64,000 bases of DNA from the human T2T-CHM13v2.0 reference genome, Homo sapiens: assembly GCF_009914755.1 (NCBI RefSeq), contig NC_060937.1; one strand, 5' to 3'. A program made the position numbers and the translations under genes. Numbering within the stretch: position 1 is the stretch's first letter; every line of letters begins with the position of its first letter. This document shows positions 59,864 to 64,000 of this stretch, piece after piece. The notes beneath the pieces were generated by a model. The model was not told the DNA's origin. It worked only from the letters and a program-made list of their open reading frames with translations, and did not search any database.

Positions 59864-60183
59864 GGCAAGGTGTGGTGGCTCTCACCTGTAACCCAGCATT
59901 TTGGGAGGCCGAGGCAGGAGGATCACTTGAGTCCATGAGTTCAAAAGCAGCCTAGACAACACAGACAGACTCCCATCTCTACAAAAAATAAAAATTAGCC
60001 CAGCGTGGTGGTATGAGCCTGTAGTCCCAGCTTCTTGGGAGACGGAGGTAGAAGGTTCACTTGAGTCAGAGAGGTCGAGGCTACAGTGAGCTATGATTAT
60101 GCCATTGCACTCCAACCTGGGCGACAGGATGAGACTCTGGCTCTAGAAAGGTAAAAAAAAAAAAAGAAAAAGAAAAAAAGAAA
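59864..60183 (+). mobile_element. AluJ
   Basis: J-type gaggatcacttgag...gaggtcgaggctacagtgagctatgat; A-tail. Confidence 0.9.
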
Positions 60184-60224
60184 TTGGCCCAGTGCAAAGA
60201 ATCTGCTAACTAAATGATTATCTT

Positions 60225-60436
60225 CTTTAAATTTATTTTTAATTGTCAAATAAAATTGTATATACATGTGATGTTACAAGATTGTTTTGAAATATGTATA
60301 CATTGTGAAATGGTTAAATCAAGCTAATTAACAAATGCATTGCACCTCACATATTTATCATTTTTTGTGGTGAGAACACTTAAAATCTACTCTCTCAGCA
60401 ATTTTCAAGTATAAAATACCTTGTTATTAACTATAG
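60225..60436 (-). mobile_element. L1MA 3' end fragment
   Basis: aaataaaattgtatata...aaatcaagctaattaac...gagaacacttaaaatctactctc. Confidence 0.82.
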
Positions 60437-60624
60437 TTTAGGTCAAGTATTAAAAATTCTTCAAGAGATCAGATGGGCTATTTATTACTAGAATGCAAAT
60501 TAGACATTTTTGTGGAATTTTTCCAACTACATTATTATAGTATTGCTGTTAATAAAGAATGTACTTTAATATGATACATATCTTTGTAAGAAATGTTAAA
60601 ATCAAGAGTAGAAATAATATAGGG

Positions 60625-60940
60625 AGACCGGGCATGGTGGTTCACACCTATAATCCCTGCACTTTGGGAGGCCCAGGTGGGCAGATCACCGGAGGTCAGG
60701 AGTTCGAGACCAGCCTAGCCAATATGGCGAAACCCCGTCTCTACTAAAACGACAAAAATTAGCTAAGCATGGTGGTGCATGCCTGTTAATCCCAGCTACT
60801 CAGGAGGCTGAGGCAGGAGAATCTCTTGAACCTAGGAAGCAAAGGTTGCAGTGAGCCAAGATTGCACCACTCCACTCTAGCCTGGGCGAGAGAGCAAGAC
60901 TCCATCTCAAAACAAAAAAGAAAAGAAAGAAAAAAAAAAG
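60625..60940 (+). mobile_element. AluS
   Basis: Full dimer; TSD ataatataggg at 60614-60624 and 60943-60953. Confidence 0.92.
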
Positions 60941-61729
60941 GGATAATATAGGGCATGTAAGAGTCCACTCACATGAGAGGACACAGGACCAAGGGTCAAA
61001 AAAATGGCAGAAACAAAATAGTGTGTCTGGTACGGCTGGTACAGAGAAAAGAGGACGCAAGGAATTAAGGAAGAGGAGAGAACAGCCAAACTTTTCAGGA
61101 AAGAGGGAAAGGAAGCCAGGAGCCTAATGTGGAAGACGGAGTTAAGGAAGAACTAAAGCCAGCTTTAAATATCATGGAGAGGTAAAGTGGTTGGAATTTA
61201 GACAAATTCCATGGGAAACACCAACAGGATTTGCTGGTGGAACAGATGTATTCTGAAAAGAGATTTTATTTCATCAAGGGAATGGAATTTTCTTTTAAAT
61301 TTAGAAATCTGTAGTTTCATTTTCCATATAAGCCACATCCATGAAATTATAATACACATGAACTAGAGTCTAAAATCTATATTCTAGCTAAGAACTGGGT
61401 GATTGAATTTATCTTTTTTTTTTTTTTTTCAAAGAAACCCTGGGACACTCTTGATAAACAGTCTCATCACATTTGAAGTTCTGGATTTCCAGACTGAGGC
61501 TGAGAAATTACATAACCAGAAATATGGTTAACTTCTGAGAGGCAAGCTCCAGGTGAGGCCAGAAGCTAACTCCTAATTAGGGCCAGATATCCTGAGAGTT
61601 GTAAAGTTTAGAAATTAAAATAACTTTTTCCTCTAGGATATGATTGGCAACTTCTCCTTTGGAAATCATTTATTTTATTAAAGCAGTTACTATTAGAAGT
61701 CATTCCCAGAGCCTCTTTCAGAAAAGCAA

Positions 61730-61960
61730 CAATATTTATAACTGCCAACTCGTATTTATTGAGTGCTTACTGCCAGGGACAATACTAAGTGTTTTACATG
61801 GTTTCTATTGTGTAATATTTATAATAGTGCTTGTGATGAGATAGAGCTCCCTATTTCGCAAAGACAGAAAAGTTATTTTCCAAGATAGAGAAGTTAGGTG
61901 ACTTACCAAGGTCTCACGGTGCAAAGGGTAGAAGAGCATCTGATTCCAAAGCCCATCTCG
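61730..61960 (-). mobile_element. MIR
   Basis: atttattgagtgcttactgccagg...gagaagttaggtgacttaccaaggtc...tctgattccaaagccc. Confidence 0.65.
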
Positions 61961-61972
61961 CTAATCGATGCA

Positions 61973-61999
61973 TAACCCTAACCCTAACCCTAACCCTAA
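61973..61999 (-). repeat. Short interstitial telomeric repeat (TTAGGG)4
   Basis: taaccctaaccctaaccctaaccctaa on the + strand. Confidence 0.9.
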
Positions 62000-62300
62000 T
62001 GATGTCAGTGCCCACTGAGTCAATCTCACACAAGGGCAAGGTTCAGTAAATATTTGCTGAATAGATTAAGTATTAGGAGAAAGTTCAACAGCCTTCAGCA
62101 AAACCTGCAATGAGAAGGTAAGGAAAAGGTAGCAAAGCCAGGACGACCCAAGCTCCCTCCTGCCTGATTCCCTTTACAACTATGCCTAGTACTTCCATAT
62201 GATAAATTCTAATTAAATATTTCTCTTATCCAGCCCTGTCATTCATTGCTTCCAACCTCTCCTAGAGTTTTGATAGTACACAATATAAAATTCTTCTTTC

Positions 62301-62366
62301 TCTCTTATGTATCTCTTATGTATCTTTTTTCTCTCTTATGTATCTCTTATGTATCTCTCTTATGTA
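62301..62366. repeat. 11-bp tandem repeat TCTCTTATGTA, about 5 copies
   Basis: Seen directly. Confidence 0.85.
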
Positions 62367-62941
62367 TATGAAGGCCAAAGGTGAACACAACACAGTTTCA
62401 GATGGGATATCTCTTTCCCCAAACTCTCACATCATACCTAGGAGAAGGAATAGCTAATCTTTTCCTGCCTAATAATTGAGATCATGAATAAGTGGGACTT
62501 AGAGACTAAAGAAAAGATTTATTCTCACCAAGTATGTTCATGCTTCAGTCTTGTCTCAGATCTGTTTTTATAGGGACTGTCAGATCCATTTTCTCTCCTA
62601 TTTGGCCCACAAGGAAGCTATTAGGGATGAGGCGCATTGAGATTATTTCCAAAAAATATATTGGCTATGCCTAGTTGTATAACCAAGTTAGAATATTTTG
62701 GTAATAACATGACGCTCATTTCAAACTGCATTTGTATACTTTTTGTACAATATTATATGTATGTATACATTTTTAAAGACCAGGGGCAAGAGCATATTAA
62801 AACTTTCCCAATTTCCTTTTGAGGACAGAATCGGAATCTCCCAGTAACAGTGACAACCATGGTTACCCTTGGTTGAACACCTGCTGTATCCTTTCAACAA
62901 ATACTCTACCAAGTACCAGGCACAAGGAATACAATACAGAA

Positions 62942-63312
62942 TGCTTTGATTTGGCTCTGTGTCCCCACCCAAATGTCATCTCTGAATTGTAATCCCCATA
63001 ATCCCCACATGTCAAGGGAGGGAACTGGTAGGAGGTGATTGGATTACGGGGGCAGTTTTCCCCATGCTGTTCTCGTAATAGTGAGTGAGTTTTCACAAGA
63101 TCCAATGGTTACATAAGTGTTTGACAGTTCCTCCTTCACACACTCTCTCTCACCCACCGCCATATAAGACACGCCTGCTTCTCCTGCCATGATTTTAAGT
63201 TTCCTGAGGACTCCCCAGCCATGGGGAACTGTGAGTCAATTAAACCTCTTTTCTTTGTAAATTACCCAGTCTTGGGCAGTTCTTGATAGCAATATGAAAA
63301 TGGACTAATACA
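62942..63312 (+). mobile_element. THE1D/MSTA-type MaLR solo LTR
   Basis: tttggctctgtgtccccacccaaat...gaactgtgagtcaattaaacctc...ggactaataca. Confidence 0.9.
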
Positions 63313-63354
63313 GAGGACAAGACAGAGTCCTTGCTCTGGTGACATCTTGGTCTT

Positions 63355-63560
63355 TCTAGATGCCTTATGTATTTATTTCAAATCCTCACAGCACTCTTGT
63401 AAAGAACATTCATTTCTTTATTATACAGGTAAGAAATGTTAAGTCTAGAGAGATTAAGTAGCAAGCCTGAGGTCGTGTAACAAACAAGTGGTGTAACGGG
63501 GATTGCAGCCCAGGTCTGTCAGATTCAAAGACAAAGACTTTCCCAGCATGCCATGCTGTT
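63355..63560 (-). mobile_element. MIR
   Basis: aatcctcacagcac...acaggtaagaaatg...cccaggtctgtcagattcaaag. Confidence 0.6.
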
Positions 63561-64000
63561 TCCTCAGTAATTACCTTCCCCCCAGCACCAGATAGACTTC
63601 AGCCTTTGAGGAGCCAGCCATTTAAGGGAGGACTGTTACCCACAGCGTACTATATATAGGGAACCTATTGATAAGAAATGTAGTTGTTAGTGCTTCAAGC
63701 CCCAACCAAGCTTACTACATTCACCAATTTCAATCCTCATCAAAGGCAGGGAAGAGCCTTCATTATTCCACTATCTTCCACAACCGCAGTTACCCAACAG
63801 TTCAGAACTTTGCAGATTTGTGGAAATTCCCCAAGGGAAGGGAGAAAAAACCTGAATCTCTGCCTTTGAATTTCAGATGTGTTGATAACCTTCTTCCTAT
63901 CCTATCAGGGAAGATGAAACTGATCTCACTAGATATCATTTAACTATATTTGGAATAATTTCAAACCTAATATCTAGGAAAAGATTGGTTTGTCAGAGAT

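Overview
This is primate (human-like) genomic DNA, not microbial. The window is almost entirely intronic sequence of the glypican-6 gene (GPC6, + strand). It holds one recognisable coding exon, 56075-56205 (131 nt, AG/GT bounded, encoding [44 protein letters not shown]). The rest is unique intron mixed with decayed transposons (L1PA/L1M, L2, MIR, Alu/FAM, MaLR/ERVL solo LTRs, MER44, MER5A, Charlie1) and simple repeats; all other ORFs in the track are TE-derived or chance. I see no new multi-gene system. The most notable structures read directly from the sequence are: a 205-bp-arm inverted duplication (13695-14399); a 31-bp minisatellite inside an MLT1 LTR that multiplies a STAT/GAS motif; an old L1 flanked by a ~70-bp duplication; a twin-primed inverted L1PA; a palindromic AT-rich repeat ~2.2 kb past the exon; and a short interstitial telomere repeat. 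TE subfamily names come from recalled consensus sequences, and boundaries without TSD support are approximate.
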